Positions 62,434-64,000 of a DNA stretch of 64,000 nucleotides are shown piece after piece. The stretch is from contig JBHGNT010000007.1 in the NCBI GenBank assembly GCA_043228905.1, positions 4,960,001 through 5,024,000 of the forward strand, written 5' to 3'. A program made the translations under genes and the position numbers. This stretch comes from Azolla caroliniana. Taxonomy: Eukaryota; Plantae; Polypodiophyta. The notes below the pieces were generated by a model. The model saw only the letters and a list, made by a program, of their open reading frames with translations. It was not told where the DNA came from and ran no database searches. Each line of letters opens with the position of its first letter. The stretch's first letter is position 1.

Positions 62434-64000
62434 AGGGGGAGTTTGTTGGGATTTCGGTCCCTCCGGATGGGATGTCCGGAGGTGAATGACGGCAAGCCCG
62501 GTTGCGGTTTACGGAACCGGAGGATGAAGAGTACCCGGCATGAAGCCGGATGAAGAGTACCCGGCCGGAGCCGGATGATGAAGACCCCGGCTACGGAGCC
62601 GGATGATGAAGACCCCGGCTACGGAGCCGGATGACGAATGTACCCGGAGAGAGATCCGGATGCGGGGACATATTTGTGAATATGTTTGCCAAGGGCCCTT
62701 GAGGCTATATTTGTAAATAGCCCGAAAGTCATATGAGATAAATATGACTTAGGGCAAACAGTTTTTTGGTTGTTACTTTTTCCTGTTTTTCTACTTAGAG
62801 GGAGCTAAGTGAGAGCAGCCGAGAGAGAGAGAGAGAGAGAGAGAGACGAAGAGGTCGTTGCCTCTGTGTATCACCGCCGCCTGTGGCGAAGACAGTGAGC
62901 CCAAGGTTGTTGCCTTGTAGCTTCACCATTGTACATCTCTGTTTATAGTGATAGTTGGAGTTTGAGGACTCCCGTGGTTTTTCCCATTTAGGGTTTAGTA
63001 CAATTAGAACTAGCGACTAGGCTCGGGTTTAGTACAATTAGAACTAGCGACTATTTGGTTTACCTGTCTTCTTGGTCTACGGGGGCAATTTATTGCGATA
63101 TGTCCTGGTCCACCGCAGTAAAGACATAGTCGATTTGTACGGCGTCGCTGCTTTTCTTCTTCGGATAATGGTCCTCGACGACGTGTAGTGTCAATCTCCA
63201 TCGGAGTCGGAGTATTCGCTGGAGGCGCATTATATGACTCCCTCGGAAAAGGTCTTGCTACCACTGAGGCGTAGGTGGGCTCTGATCTTGCCCTCGGCAT
63301 CTGTAGCTGTCGTTCCGAACGTCGCTCAAAGAGGCAGTTGTCACATCTCACCGCGCGACTGATTGCTTCTGTTAAGGACTTTGGTTCTTCGGGGAAGGTC
63401 AAGAGTAAATCCTTGACGTCGTTGCGTAAACCATAACGAAATTGCTCCATCAACGCTTGATCATCCCAAGGAATATCGGCGGCGAGTAGGCGAAAATCTG
63501 CAGCGTATGCGGAGCCTGGACAGTCACCTTGGCGTAATCGCCGAATTTTGTTGATTGCGGTCCTGATGCTGTTAGTATCTCCGAAACATGCTTTAAACTC
63601 ACCTAGAAACTCTTCAAAATTGTTGAGTAACGGAGATTCCTTTTCTAATAGTGGAGCGAACCATGACAACGCTGAGCCACTTAACAAAGTGCCTACTAAA
63701 CCCACTCGTGATGCATCGGTGGGATATCGGGAAGGATGCATTTGAATAACTAATCGTACCTGGTTAAGGAACCCTCTAAACTGCGATCGCGTTCCATCGA
63801 ACTTCGTGGGAAGGCCAATCTTGGGTTCTTTATGAATCCCTTGTGTTCCGGGCCCTTGTTGTTGCATCGCTACGATAGTTGCTTCGAGTTGTTGCACGCG
63901 TAACGCAAGTTCCCCATGTTATTGTTGCGTTTGCTGCTTTTCTAAGGAGATTTGCTAAAGATCCCCCAGCAACCATTGGTTTTCTTGTTCCAAAGCATGG

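Larger units (their letters stand above)
57667..62996 (+). mobile_element. Tnt1/Tork-like Copia T2 inserted in C1; 3' LTR truncated
   Basis: 5' LTR at 57667-58329. PBS 58332-58343. 3' LTR starts at 62444, is nearly identical to the 5' LTR and is cut at about 62996. No right TSD. Confidence 0.95.
49035..64000 (-). mobile_element. Chromovirus (Tcn1/Tf1-like) C1, outer copy; 3'-truncated, continues beyond the window
   Basis: gag from about 63020 to beyond 64000; gag end and pol start 57502-57666; PR-RT-INT-chromodomain pieces 49035-51963. Collinear with C2, with internal deletions near 50645 and 51485. Confidence 0.9.

Overview
This window is eukaryotic DNA, most likely from a non-seed land plant such as a moss (inferred from the element mix). 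It is almost entirely a deeply nested stack of retrotransposons, and I found no host gene. It holds: (i) several Ty1/Copia elements with tRNA-iMet PBS, including two Tnt1/Tork-like copies with intact 1357-aa gag-pol ORFs (29039-34450 and 57667-62996); (ii) non-chromovirus Ty3/Gypsy elements with TGTCGTG...CGCGACA termini, a tRNA-Trp PBS and 4-bp TSDs (one full-length copy, two solo LTRs and remnants); (iii) two nested chromodomain-bearing Gypsy elements (Tcn1/Tf1-like); and (iv) two non-L1 LINEs (APE-type) with microsatellite tails. The most interesting signals are cis-acting RNA features: a tRNA-like Pol III A-box/B-box module inside a chromovirus LTR, a Tf1-type self-priming PBS, two -1 ribosomal frameshift cassettes (one with a likely pseudoknot, placed after the protease), a conserved alternative-pairing switch around the Copia PPT, a second PPT with a C-terminal extension of Copia pol, and a LINE 3' stem-loop with a compensatory change. 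Lineage names come from motif recognition only, not database searches.
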